A DNA stretch of 64,000 bases from Alphaproteobacteria bacterium (GTDB lineage Bacteria > Pseudomonadota > Alphaproteobacteria > UBA828): NCBI GenBank assembly GCA_022826665.1, contig JAJDUK010000041.1, positions 18,738-82,737 of the forward strand, given 5' to 3'. A program made the translations under genes and the position numbers. Shown in pieces: positions 26,677 to 36,627 of this stretch. Positions within the stretch are counted from its first letter, which is position 1; every line of letters starts with the position of its first letter. The notes beneath the pieces were generated by a model, which saw only the letters and a program-made list of their open reading frames with translations, was not told where the DNA came from and searched no databases.

Positions 26677-28394
26677 ACGATCCGATGCTGCGCAACATCG
26701 CAGACCCGGTCACGACCGAGATCGTGCGCAACTTCGTCGTCTCCTGCGCGGAGGACATGAACGCCTCGCTCTGGCGTTCCGCCCACTCGGCGGTGATTTA
26801 CGAGGGCCGGGACAGCGCCGTGGGGCTGCTCGACGCGGACGGCAACATGCTGGGCCAGTCGAGCGGCGTGCCGCTCTTCATCGGCGCCATCGATGCCAAC
26901 GTCCACCACGTGATGGAGTATTACGGCGAAGACATCGCCCCAGGCGATGTCTTCATCATGAACGACAGCTACATGCAGGGCTCGCACCTGCATGACGTGT
27001 CGGTGGTCGGGCCCATCTTCTTCGGCGGCGAGCTGATCGGCTTCGGCGCCGCGCGCGCGCACTGGAACGACATCGGTGCCATCGACCCCGGCACGGTCAT
27101 GGGCTCCACGAACATATACCAGGAGGGGCTGCGTCTCGGGCCCACCCGCATCGTCGCGCAGGGCAAGCCCATCCGCGAGTGGTTTGACCTGCTGCGGCTC
27201 AACACCCGCATGCCGGACACCAGCATCGGCGACCTGGACGCCCAGATCGCCGCCGTTCGCACCGGCGAGCGCAGGCTCTCACAGCTGCTCGACCGCATCG
27301 GCATCGAGACCTACCGGGCCGCCTGCGAAAACATCTTCGAGCAGGCACGGCGCATGGACCGCGAGGCGATCGCGGCGATCAAGGACGGCACCTGGTACCG
27401 GGAAGGTTTCTTGGACAGCGACGGCGCGGGCGACGACCCTGTGAAGGTCGCGCTGACGCTCACGGTCGAGGGTGAGGAGCTGATCGTCGACCTAGAAGGC
27501 TCCTCGGGCATCGTCCCCGGCTCGGTCAACTGCGGCGCGAGCCAGACCGTGTCCCTGCTCCGCCTCGCCTACAAGACGATGATCAACCCGGAGCGCGCCA
27601 TCACTGGCGGCTCGTTCGAGACGATGACCGTCCGCATCCCGGACGATTGCCTGTTCAACGCCAAGGAGCCTGCGGCCTGCGAATGGTACTTCACCGGCTT
27701 GGGCTTGCTCGCAGACCTCTTCATCTCCTGCCTCTCCGAAGCGATCCCCGAGCGCTCGACCGCCGCCCACTACGGGGATTCGATGGTGTCTCTCTTCTTC
27801 TCGGTCGACCGCAGGCGGGGCCAGTGGATGTCCATCGAGGCCACCGCCGGCGGCTGGGGCGGTCGCAACGACGGCGACGGCGAGAGCGCGCTGATCAATC
27901 TGGTGAACGGCAGCTTCCGCAACATCCCCGCCGAGGTGATGGAGACGAAGTTCCCCGTCCGGCTGGAGGAGTTCGCCATCCGCCCCGACTCCGGCGGACC
28001 GGGCCGGCACCGCGGCGGCTGCGGCGTCCTGCGCCGCTACAAGACGCTGGAGGATTGCTACTGCGCGCTCTGGTTCGAGCGCTCGCTCACGCCGGCCTGG
28101 GGGCTGAACGGGGGCAAAGACGCAAGGGGCCCGAAGGTCGAGATCACCCATCCCGACGGGTCGGCCGAAGGGCCGCTCAAGATGCGGGCGCGACCGGTCG
28201 CCGCCGGCACGGTGGTCGAGACCTGGACGGGCGGCGGCGGCGGCAACGGCGATCCCAGGGCGCGCCCGTTCGAGGAGGTGCAGCGCGACGTGCTTCGGGG
28301 TTACGTTTCTCCTGAAGGAGCCTGGAGGGACTATGGCGTCCGGATCACCTCGGACCTCGTCGTGGACGAAGAGGGATCGCAGCTGCGCGCCTGA
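26673..28394 (+). CDS. Hydantoinase B / oxoprolinase catalytic subunit family
   Basis: MNDSYMQGSHLHD, RAHWNDIG, IYQEGLRL, PAEVMETKFPV, DSGGPGRHRGG, GGGGGNGDP. Confidence 0.93.
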   Translation: MNDPMLRNIADPVTTEIVRNFVVSCAEDMNASLWRSAHSAVIYEGRDSAVGLLDADGNMLGQSSGVPLFIGAIDANVHHVMEYYGEDIAPGDVFIMNDSYMQGSHLHDVSVVGPIFFGGELIGFGAARAHWNDIGAIDPGTVMGSTNIYQEGLRLGPTRIVAQGKPIREWFDLLRLNTRMPDTSIGDLDAQIAAVRTGERRLSQLLDRIGIETYRAACENIFEQARRMDREAIAAIKDGTWYREGFLDSDGAGDDPVKVALTLTVEGEELIVDLEGSSGIVPGSVNCGASQTVSLLRLAYKTMINPERAITGGSFETMTVRIPDDCLFNAKEPAACEWYFTGLGLLADLFISCLSEAIPERSTAAHYGDSMVSLFFSVDRRRGQWMSIEATAGGWGGRNDGDGESALINLVNGSFRNIPAEVMETKFPVRLEEFAIRPDSGGPGRHRGGCGVLRRYKTLEDCYCALWFERSLTPAWGLNGGKDARGPKVEITHPDGSAEGPLKMRARPVAAGTVVETWTGGGGGNGDPRARPFEEVQRDVLRGYVSPEGAWRDYGVRITSDLVVDEEGSQLRA

Positions 28395-28402
28395 CCACGG
28401 TT

Positions 28403-29917
28403 ATGGCTGACGAGCCGGCGCTACGAGCCAACGGGATCGGCGTCGCCTTCGCAGGCGTCTGGGTCCTCAGCGACGTCTCGGTGGACATTCTGCCGGGCGA
28501 AATCCACGGGCTGATCGGCGAGAACGGTGCCGGCAAGTCGACGCTCGGCAAGGTCTTCGGCGGCTACTACGCCGCGAGCGCGGGCACGCTCGATGTCTTC
28601 GGCGAGCGGGCGAGCGCGTGGGACCCCCTCTCGGCGCTCTCCAAGGGCGTCGCGATCATGCACCAGGAGCTCCAGCTCGTGCCCGCGTTGACCGTGGCCG
28701 AGAACGTCTTCCTCGGCCTGGAGGACCAGCGCTGGGGCGTGTTGCGCCGGACCGAGGCGGAGCGCCTCTCCGACCTGATGGAAGCGAGCGGCTTTCAGCT
28801 CGACCCCAACGCCATCGTCTCCCGCCTCCCGATCGCCGACCAGCAGAAGATCGAGATCCTCCGGGCGCTCGCGCGCGAGGCGCGAATCATCGTGATGGAC
28901 GAACCCACGTCTTCTCTCTCGCGGGATGAAGTGACACAGCTTCACTCGGCGATGCGGGCGCTCAGGGACGAAGGACGCTCGATCATCTACGTCTCGCATT
29001 TTCTCCACGACATTCTCGAGGTCTCCGACCGGATCACCGTGCTGCGCGACGGCAAGCACGTGAAGACGGCGCCGGCCGCAGGCGAGACCCGGTCGAGCCT
29101 GGTGGCGGCAATGCTGGGCGGCGGCAAGAGCGAAACTCCGTTCCCGCCGAAGGTCCGCCCCGAGAATCCCGAGCCCGTGCTGGAAGTCGAGCACCTCGAG
29201 AGCGAGCGAGGCGCCAACGGCGCGAGCCTCTGGGTGGGGCGCGGGGAAATCGTGGGCCTCACCGGCCTTGTGGGCAGCGGCAGGAGCGAGATCGCCCGCG
29301 CGATCGTCGGCGCGGACCCGGCGACGGGCGGCGAGGTCCGGCTCCGGGGCGAGAGCTACCGCAAGCGCTCCATCCGGCGCTCCGCCGGGCTCGGCATGGT
29401 GATGTCGCCGGAGGACCGCCGCAAGCAGGGCCTGGTCATGACCATGCGTGTTTCCCCCAACATGACCTTGCCTCACCTCGGCCGCTTCACGCACCTCGGG
29501 GTCATGCGTCGCCGCGCCGAGCGCACGCGCACCCTGAGCCTGATCGAGCACTTCCGCGTGCGCCCGGCGGACCCCAACGGCAACGTCGCGACCTTCTCCG
29601 GCGGCAATCAGCAGAAGGTCCTGATCGGCAAGTGGCTCATGGAGAATCCCGACATCGTGATCCTCGACGAGCCAAGCCGCGGCGTGGACGTGGGCGCCCG
29701 TGAGCGAATTCACTTCGCGATCGCGGAGCTCGCGGCGAGCGGGACCGCCGTCCTGCTCATCTCCAGCGAAATCGAGGAGGTGCTGGGTCTCGCCCATCGC
29801 GCCTATCTGGCCGATGGCGGCCGCATCGTGGAAGAGGTGATCCCGGAGGAGTCCAGCGAAGCGGACCTTCTCGCGCTGCTCTTCCAGCACCAGAGCCAAC
29901 GGCGCGGGGCCGCGTGA
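28403..29917 (+). CDS. Sugar-type ABC ATP-binding protein (two NBDs)
   Basis: GENGAGKS, MDEPT, FSGGNQQK, LDEPSRGVDVG. Confidence 0.94.
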   Translation: MADEPALRANGIGVAFAGVWVLSDVSVDILPGEIHGLIGENGAGKSTLGKVFGGYYAASAGTLDVFGERASAWDPLSALSKGVAIMHQELQLVPALTVAENVFLGLEDQRWGVLRRTEAERLSDLMEASGFQLDPNAIVSRLPIADQQKIEILRALAREARIIVMDEPTSSLSRDEVTQLHSAMRALRDEGRSIIYVSHFLHDILEVSDRITVLRDGKHVKTAPAAGETRSSLVAAMLGGGKSETPFPPKVRPENPEPVLEVEHLESERGANGASLWVGRGEIVGLTGLVGSGRSEIARAIVGADPATGGEVRLRGESYRKRSIRRSAGLGMVMSPEDRRKQGLVMTMRVSPNMTLPHLGRFTHLGVMRRRAERTRTLSLIEHFRVRPADPNGNVATFSGGNQQKVLIGKWLMENPDIVILDEPSRGVDVGARERIHFAIAELAASGTAVLLISSEIEEVLGLAHRAYLADGGRIVEEVIPEESSEADLLALLFQHQSQRRGAA

Positions 29918-30855
29918 TGATCGGAAGCTTCCATATCGGTCGCTTCCTGCAGACCTACGCGGTCCTGATCATGATCGTGTTCCTGGTCATCGCGCTCAGC
30001 ATGCTGTCGGAGAACTTCCTGACGCCCCGCAACCTGCTGAACATACTCAACCAGAACGCGCCGCTCGCGATCATGGCCTCGGCGATGACGCTGGTGATCA
30101 TCGCAGGCGGGTTCGACCTCTCGGTGGCGGCGATCTTCTCCATGGGCTCGGTCATGTCGGCCTGGATCGCGCTCCATGTGGATCCCTATCTCGGTCTCTT
30201 CCTGGCGCCCTTCATCGGCCTCATCCTCGGCACCATGAACGGCGTGGTGATCAATGCGCTCCGGGTGCATTCCTTCCTCGCCACCATCGCCACGAGCCTG
30301 ATCTTCAAGGGCGTGGCCATCGTCATCTCCGACGGGCGGCTGATCTCCGTCCGCCTGGACACATTCACCTGGCTCGGGCGCGACAAGGCGGGCGGCGTCT
30401 TCATCGCCGTCTGGATCATGGCGGTCTTCGCCATAATCCTGACCTTCGCGCTAACCCGGACTGCCTTCGGGCGGCGGGTCTTCGCCGTCGGCGGCAACGA
30501 GGAGGCGGCGGTGCTCTCCGGCATCCGCACGGATCGCGTGAAGACCGCCACCTTCGCCATCGCGGGCTTCGCGGCAGGGCTCGCCTCGATCATCGCGACA
30601 TCCCGCGTGGCGCTGGGACAGGCGGCGGCCGGGCAGGGCATGGAGCTGCAGGCCATCGCCGCCGTGATCCTGGGCGGCACCAGCATCTACGGCGGCGCAG
30701 GCGCGGTGTGGCGCAGCCTCGGCGGCGTCTTCCTGCTGGCGCTCATCAGCAACGGCTTCAACATCCTGAACGCCGATCCCTTTTACCGTGACCTCACCAC
30801 CGGGCTGGTCATCCTCGCCGCAATCGGGATCAGCGCGGGCGGCCAACGGCGGTGA
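29914..30855 (+). CDS. Ribose-type ABC permease
   Basis: GGFDLSV, FAVGGNEEAAVLSG, ELQAIAAVILGGTSIYGG. Confidence 0.92.
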   Translation: MMIGSFHIGRFLQTYAVLIMIVFLVIALSMLSENFLTPRNLLNILNQNAPLAIMASAMTLVIIAGGFDLSVAAIFSMGSVMSAWIALHVDPYLGLFLAPFIGLILGTMNGVVINALRVHSFLATIATSLIFKGVAIVISDGRLISVRLDTFTWLGRDKAGGVFIAVWIMAVFAIILTFALTRTAFGRRVFAVGGNEEAAVLSGIRTDRVKTATFAIAGFAAGLASIIATSRVALGQAAAGQGMELQAIAAVILGGTSIYGGAGAVWRSLGGVFLLALISNGFNILNADPFYRDLTTGLVILAAIGISAGGQRR

Positions 30856-33800
30856 GCCGCGCCTGCCGGCAGTCACAGCGTCTCTCCGACATTCGGGCGG
30901 CAATGCGCGCCGCCATCCTCGAAGACGAGGTCCCGGCGGTGCGCCGCATGGTGGAGGCCGCGGCGCTCACGCGGGCGGACCGGGAGTCCATCTCCGTGCG
31001 GGCGGCCGATCTGGTCCGCACCGTGCGGGCGGGCGGCAGCGCCTCGATCATGCAGGGCTTCCTCGCCGAATACGGGCTCTCCTCCCGAGAGGGTGTAGCG
31101 CTCATGTGCCTCGCCGAGGCGCTGCTGCGCGTGCCCGACACCGAGACCATCGATGCGCTGATCGAGGACAAGATCGCGGCGTCTGACTGGGCGGCGCACC
31201 TGGGGCAGTCGAGCTCGCCGCTGGTCAATGCCTCCACCTGGGCGCTGCTGCTCACCGGCAAAGTGCTGGGCGATACGGAGGAGGGCCTCGCCGGGGCGCT
31301 GCACGGCGCGGTCAAGCGGCTCGGCGAGCCGGTCATCCGCGCGGCGGTCGCCCAGGCGATGCGCGAGCTCGGGCACCAGTTCGTGCTCGGGCGCGACATG
31401 GGCGAGGCCATGGCCCGTGCCGCCGAGCTGGAGGCGCAGGGCTACAGCTTCTCATACGACATGCTGGGCGAGGCGGCCCGCACCGAGGCGGATGCCCGCC
31501 GCTACCACCTCGCCTATTCCGATTCCATCACCGCGCTTGCGGATGTCGGCCGGGGCGCACCCATCCGCGACCGGCCAGGGGTTTCGGTCAAGCTCTCGGC
31601 CCTGCACCCGCGCTATGAGTTTGCGCAGCGTGACCGGGTGCTGACGGAGGTCACAGCCCGCCTTGGTGCGCTGGCATTGCTCGCCAAATCCGCTGGCATC
31701 GGTCTCAACGTGGATGCCGAGGAAGCGGACCGCCTCGACCTCTCCCTCGATGTCATCGAGGCGGTGCTCGCCGATCCCGCGCTCGCAGGGTGGGATGGCT
31801 TCGGCGTCGTGGTCCAGGCCTACGGCAAGCGGGCGGCGCACGTCATCGATTGGGTCCATGCGCTCGCCGAGGCGCACGGGCGCCGCATGATGGTGCGGCT
31901 GGTCAAGGGCGCCTACTGGGACACGGAGATCAAGCGCGCCCAGATGCAGGGCATCGCCAGCTTCCCGGTGTTCACCCGCAAGGCGAGCACCGATGTCGCC
32001 TACCTTGCGTGCGCGCGGAAGCTGCTCGGGATGACGGACCGCCTCTATCCACAGTTCGCGACCCACAACGCACACACGGTGGCGGCGGTGCTGCACATGG
32101 CGGGCGACGGAACGGACTTCGAGTTCCAGCGCCTGCACGGCATGGGCGAGGCCCTGCACGCGGCGGTGCGCGCGGCGCACGGGCTCCGCTGCCGCATCTA
32201 CGCGCCGGTGGGCGCGCATCACGACCTGCTCGCCTATCTCGTCCGCCGCCTGCTGGAGAACGGCGCCAACAGCTCCTTCGTGAACCAGATCGTGGACGAA
32301 GGCGTGACGGCGGAGGAGATCGCGCGCGATCCCATCGCGGAGGTGGAAGGGCCCGGCACAGAAGTCGCAAACCCGGCCATCGCGGCACCCCCCGACATCT
32401 TCATGCCCGCCCGCCGCAATGCGAAGGGGTGGGACCTCACCGATCCGCTCACCGTGGCCGAGATCGAGGCCGCGCGCCAGCCCTTCCGTACCGAGGTTTG
32501 GGAAGCCGGGCCGATGATCGCCGGTGACGCCGTTGGCGCCGGGCGTGCGGCGGTACGGAACCCGGCGCGGCCGGACGAGATCTTAGGCACCGTGACCGAC
32601 GCTGCGCCAGAGGACATCGAAGCAGCGCTGGAGGCGGCGCGAGACGGGGCGGTGGCGTGGGTGGCGCTAAGCGGCGAGGAACGCGCAAGCCGGCTCTGTC
32701 GCGTGGCCGATCTCTACGAGGGGCACGCGGCGGAACTCTTTGCCCTCGCCGCACGCGAGGCCGGCAAGACCTTGCCAGACTGCGTGGCGGAGGTGCGCGA
32801 GGCCTGCGACTTTGCGCGCTTCTACGCGGGCGAGGCTCTGAGCTTGCACCGCGAGCGCCGATGCACTCCCCGCGGCGTGGTCGCCTGCATCTCGCCCTGG
32901 AACTTCCCGCTCGCCATCTTCTCGGGCCAGATACTCGGGGCGCTCGCCGCAGGCAACGCGGTGATTGCCAAGCCGGCCGAACAGACGATGCTGATTGCGG
33001 CGCGCGCGGTCGCGCTGATGCACGAGGCGGGCATCCCGCGCGACACCTTGCAGCTATTGCCGGGCGACGGCGCCTCGGTGGGCGCGGCACTTGTCGCCGA
33101 TCCCCGCATCGACGGCGTGTGCTTCACCGGCTCGACCGAGACTGCCCGGCTCATCAACCGTGCGATGGCCGACAACCTCGCGCCCGAGGCACCGCTGATC
33201 GCGGAGACCGGCGGCCTCAACGCGATGATCGTCGATTCCACTGCGCTACCCGAGCAGGCGGTGCGCGATATCGTCGCCTCAGCCTTCCAGAGTGCCGGCC
33301 AACGTTGCTCGGCGCTGCGCATCCTCTACATCCAGCGCGAGGTCGAGGAGCGGATTCTGGAGATGCTGTTCGGCGCCATGGACGCGCTCCGCATCGGCGA
33401 CCCGTGGGACCTTGCCGCCGACATCGGCCCGGTGATCGACGGCGAGGCTCAGTCCCGCATCGAGGCGCACTGCGCGCGGGCCGAACAGGAGAGGCGCGTG
33501 CTCAAGCGGCTCGCTGCTCCGGACCGGGGTCGCTTCGTACCGCCGACGGTGCTGCGCGTCCAAGGGATCGAAGCGCTCGAAGAGGAAGTATTCGGGCCAG
33601 TGCTGCATGTCGCCACGTTTGGGGCCGACCAGATCGACGCCGTGGTCGATGCCGTCAACCGGGCCGGCTACGGCCTCACCTTCGGCCTGCACACCCGCAT
33701 CGATGACCGCGTGCAGCACGTCGTCGATCGCGTGCGCGCGGGCAATATCTACGTCAATCGCAACCAGATCGGCGCGGTGGTGGGCTCGCAGCCCTTCGGC

Positions 33801-34442
33801 GGCGAGGGCCTGAGCGGCACCGGACCCAAGGCCGGTGGCCCCCACTACGTGCCGCGCCTCACGGCGGGTGCCGCCCCCGCCGGGGGCCGGCCCTCGGGCG
33901 CGGTGATCAACGAGGCATTGCTCGCCACCGCCATCGCCGACGCCGGGCGCGCGCTCGCAGCCAGGGCGCATCGCGGGGACGGCGGCCGCTTCGCGCCGCT
34001 GGACCTCCCCGGCCCAACCGGCGAATCCAACCGGCTCTCGTTCGCGCCGCGCGGCGTGGTGCTCTGCCTCGGCCCCGGCGCCGACGCGGTCCGCGCGCAG
34101 GTCGCAGCAGCCCGCGACGCGGGCAACGCTGTGGTGGCGGTCGCCGACGGCGCGAGCGCGGCGCTCACCGGTCACGCCATCGATCCGTGCGTGGTCGTGC
34201 TCGACGGCCAGGTCGTGCCAGGGGCACTCACTACCCTGTCGGGCATCGCCGCTGTCGCCTGCGCCGCGGATCGCGACGTGCTCGCCGCGATGCGCACCGC
34301 GCTCGCACGGCGCCCCGGCCTCATCCTGCCGCTGATCGCGGAGGCGTCAGCGCCCGAGCGCTACGTGCTGGAGCGCCACCTCTGTGTCGACACCACGGCG
34401 GCCGGTGGCAACGCGTCGCTGCTCGCCGAGGCCGGCGGGTAA
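30852..34442 (+). CDS. putA: Bifunctional proline dehydrogenase / P5C dehydrogenase (no N-terminal RHH; C-terminal ALDH-like extension)
   Basis: SYDMLGE, RLVKGAYWD, ATHN, RRLLENGANSSF; ALDH motifs ETGGLN, SAGQRCSA, QPFGGEGLSGTGPKAGG; terminal DTTAAGGNASL. Confidence 0.96.
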   Translation: MSRACRQSQRLSDIRAAMRAAILEDEVPAVRRMVEAAALTRADRESISVRAADLVRTVRAGGSASIMQGFLAEYGLSSREGVALMCLAEALLRVPDTETIDALIEDKIAASDWAAHLGQSSSPLVNASTWALLLTGKVLGDTEEGLAGALHGAVKRLGEPVIRAAVAQAMRELGHQFVLGRDMGEAMARAAELEAQGYSFSYDMLGEAARTEADARRYHLAYSDSITALADVGRGAPIRDRPGVSVKLSALHPRYEFAQRDRVLTEVTARLGALALLAKSAGIGLNVDAEEADRLDLSLDVIEAVLADPALAGWDGFGVVVQAYGKRAAHVIDWVHALAEAHGRRMMVRLVKGAYWDTEIKRAQMQGIASFPVFTRKASTDVAYLACARKLLGMTDRLYPQFATHNAHTVAAVLHMAGDGTDFEFQRLHGMGEALHAAVRAAHGLRCRIYAPVGAHHDLLAYLVRRLLENGANSSFVNQIVDEGVTAEEIARDPIAEVEGPGTEVANPAIAAPPDIFMPARRNAKGWDLTDPLTVAEIEAARQPFRTEVWEAGPMIAGDAVGAGRAAVRNPARPDEILGTVTDAAPEDIEAALEAARDGAVAWVALSGEERASRLCRVADLYEGHAAELFALAAREAGKTLPDCVAEVREACDFARFYAGEALSLHRERRCTPRGVVACISPWNFPLAIFSGQILGALAAGNAVIAKPAEQTMLIAARAVALMHEAGIPRDTLQLLPGDGASVGAALVADPRIDGVCFTGSTETARLINRAMADNLAPEAPLIAETGGLNAMIVDSTALPEQAVRDIVASAFQSAGQRCSALRILYIQREVEERILEMLFGAMDALRIGDPWDLAADIGPVIDGEAQSRIEAHCARAEQERRVLKRLAAPDRGRFVPPTVLRVQGIEALEEEVFGPVLHVATFGADQIDAVVDAVNRAGYGLTFGLHTRIDDRVQHVVDRVRAGNIYVNRNQIGAVVGSQPFGGEGLSGTGPKAGGPHYVPRLTAGAAPAGGRPSGAVINEALLATAIADAGRALAARAHRGDGGRFAPLDLPGPTGESNRLSFAPRGVVLCLGPGADAVRAQVAAARDAGNAVVAVADGASAALTGHAIDPCVVVLDGQVVPGALTTLSGIAAVACAADRDVLAAMRTALARRPGLILPLIAEASAPERYVLERHLCVDTTAAGGNASLLAEAGG

Positions 34443-34526
34443 CCGGTCGTCCTCACGCGGGTAATGCTCTGCGCGGCATGGGCCGCGATGGCGTAAGCTG
34501 CACCCGACGACTCACGGAGGATCGGC

Positions 34527-36623
34527 ATGAACAGTGGCGCACAGCGCGACCCCCGCTTCGATGTGCTCTTCGAGCCGGTCGTGATCGGCCCGGTAACCGC
34601 GAAGAACCGCTTCTTCCAGGTGCCGCACTGCAACGGCATGGGCCACCGCGACCCCACCGCGCTCGCCTGGATGCGCGGGGTCAAGGCGGAGGGCGGCTGG
34701 GCCGTGGTCTGCACCGAGGAGGTGGAAATCCACCCTACTTCGGACGTCGCCCCCTTCATCGAGCTCCGGCTCTGGGACGACCGCGACATCCCGATACTGG
34801 CGCGGTCCGCAGACCGCATCCACGAGTTCGGCGCGCTGGCGGGAATCGAGCTTGCCCACAACGGCCCGCACGCCGCCAACCACTATGCGCGAGAGGTGCC
34901 GCTGGCGGCCTCCGCAATACCGGTCACGACTGCCGGCTGGGAGCCGCTACAGGCCCGTGCCATGGACAAGCAGGACATCCGCGACCTCCGCCGCTGGCAT
35001 CGGGCGGCGGCGCTGCGGGCGCGGCAGGCCGGCTTCGACCTCATCTACGTCTACGCCGGCCACGCGCTCACCATCCTGCACCACTTCCTCTCCCGCCATC
35101 ACAACCGGCGGAGCGACGAGTACGGCGGGTCAACGCGCAACCGCGTGCGCCTGCTGGAAGAGATCATCAGCGACACCAAGGACGCCGTGGGCGACACCTG
35201 CGCCGTGCCGTGCCGGATCGCCCTCGACGAGCTGCTGGGCGCGGGCGGCCTGGAAAAGGCGGAGGTGGAGGAGCTGATCGGCCTCGTCGCCGAGCTGCCG
35301 GACCTCTGGGACCTGTCGCTGGCGGCTTGGCCCAACGATTCCCGCACATCGCGGTTCGGCGCCGAAGGCGGGCAGGAGCCCTTCGTCCAGGGCGTGAAGA
35401 CGCTCACCACCAAGCCGGTCGTCGTCGTCGGGCGCTATACCTCGCCGGACCGAATGGTCTCGGTCGTCAACAAGGGCATCGCCGATTTTATCGGCTGCGC
35501 CCGGCCCTCCATCGCCGACCCGTTCCTGCCCAGGAAGATCGAGGAAGGGCGCCTCGACGACATTCGCGAGTGCATCGGCTGCAACATCTGCGTCTCGGGC
35601 GATTTCACCATGTCGCCGATCCGCTGCACCCAGAACCCGACAATGGGCGAGGAGTGGCGCAAGGGCTGGCATCCGGAGCGCATCCGGCCGCGCGAGTCGG
35701 ACAAACCCGTCCTGATCGTGGGCGCCGGCCCTGCAGGCCTCGAAGCGGCGCAAGCGCTCGGCAAGCGGGGCTACGAGGTGACGCTGGCGGAGAAGGGCAC
35801 GGCGCTCGGCGGCCGCGTCGCACGTGAATGCCGGCTGCCGGGCCTCGCCGCCTGGGGCCGGGTCCGCGACTACCGCGAGCAGCAGCTTCATCAGCTGCCC
35901 AACGTGGCGGTCTACTTCGATTCCGACCTCGACGCGGACTCCGTGCTGGAATTCGGCGTGCCCCGTGTCGTGGTCGCCACCGGCGCGCGCTGGCGGGCGG
36001 ACGGCATCGGCCGAAGCTGGGCGCGGCCCATGCCGATCGCCGCGGACGCGCGGGCGCTGACTCCCGACGACATCATGGATGGCACCATGCCGCCGGAAGG
36101 GACGCGGGTCGTGGTCTGGGATGACGACCACTACTACATGGGCGGCGTGATCGCCGAACTGCTCGCCGACCATGGCTGCGAGACTCACTACCTGACGCCG
36201 GCCTCCGAAGCCTCGACATGGACCCAGAACACCATGGAGCAGCACTTCATCCAGGCACGGCTTCTGGAGAAAGGCGTAACGATCCGCAGCTTTACCAACC
36301 TCGACGCCGTCTCGGAGGGTTCGGTCACCACCTCTTGCGTCTTCACCGGACGCACGGAGGAGATCGAAGCCGACGCGGTGGTGCTGGTCACCTCGCGCGC
36401 GCCGGAGGACCGGCTCGCCAAGGAGCTTGCGGCACGCGCCGACGACTGGAAGGACGCAGGCATCGAGACGGTCACGACGATCGGCGACGCGCTCGCACCG
36501 GCGACCATCGCCCACGCGGTCTATGCGGGGCGCCGCTATGCGGAAGAGCTGGACGGCCCGGAAACGAAGGACGACGACGTTCCCTTCAAGCGCGAGATCG
36601 TCGAGCTCCTGCCCCTCGACTGA
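34527..36623 (+). CDS. Histamine/trimethylamine dehydrogenase family flavoenzyme (covalent FMN, [4Fe-4S])
   Basis: QVPHCNGMG (Cys for 6-S-cysteinyl-FMN), KAEGGW, CIGCNICVSGDFTMSPIRC cluster motif, GAGPAG ADP-binding domain. Confidence 0.92.
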   Translation: MNSGAQRDPRFDVLFEPVVIGPVTAKNRFFQVPHCNGMGHRDPTALAWMRGVKAEGGWAVVCTEEVEIHPTSDVAPFIELRLWDDRDIPILARSADRIHEFGALAGIELAHNGPHAANHYAREVPLAASAIPVTTAGWEPLQARAMDKQDIRDLRRWHRAAALRARQAGFDLIYVYAGHALTILHHFLSRHHNRRSDEYGGSTRNRVRLLEEIISDTKDAVGDTCAVPCRIALDELLGAGGLEKAEVEELIGLVAELPDLWDLSLAAWPNDSRTSRFGAEGGQEPFVQGVKTLTTKPVVVVGRYTSPDRMVSVVNKGIADFIGCARPSIADPFLPRKIEEGRLDDIRECIGCNICVSGDFTMSPIRCTQNPTMGEEWRKGWHPERIRPRESDKPVLIVGAGPAGLEAAQALGKRGYEVTLAEKGTALGGRVARECRLPGLAAWGRVRDYREQQLHQLPNVAVYFDSDLDADSVLEFGVPRVVVATGARWRADGIGRSWARPMPIAADARALTPDDIMDGTMPPEGTRVVVWDDDHYYMGGVIAELLADHGCETHYLTPASEASTWTQNTMEQHFIQARLLEKGVTIRSFTNLDAVSEGSVTTSCVFTGRTEEIEADAVVLVTSRAPEDRLAKELAARADDWKDAGIETVTTIGDALAPATIAHAVYAGRRYAEELDGPETKDDDVPFKREIVELLPLD

Positions 36624-36627
36624 CCGA

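Noticed and set aside
24649-28394. Hydantoinase pair as acetophenone/acetone carboxylase subunits feeding the aromatic cluster
   Set aside because: The small gamma/epsilon subunits of those carboxylases are absent, and the pair has its own GntR, transporter and peptidase context.
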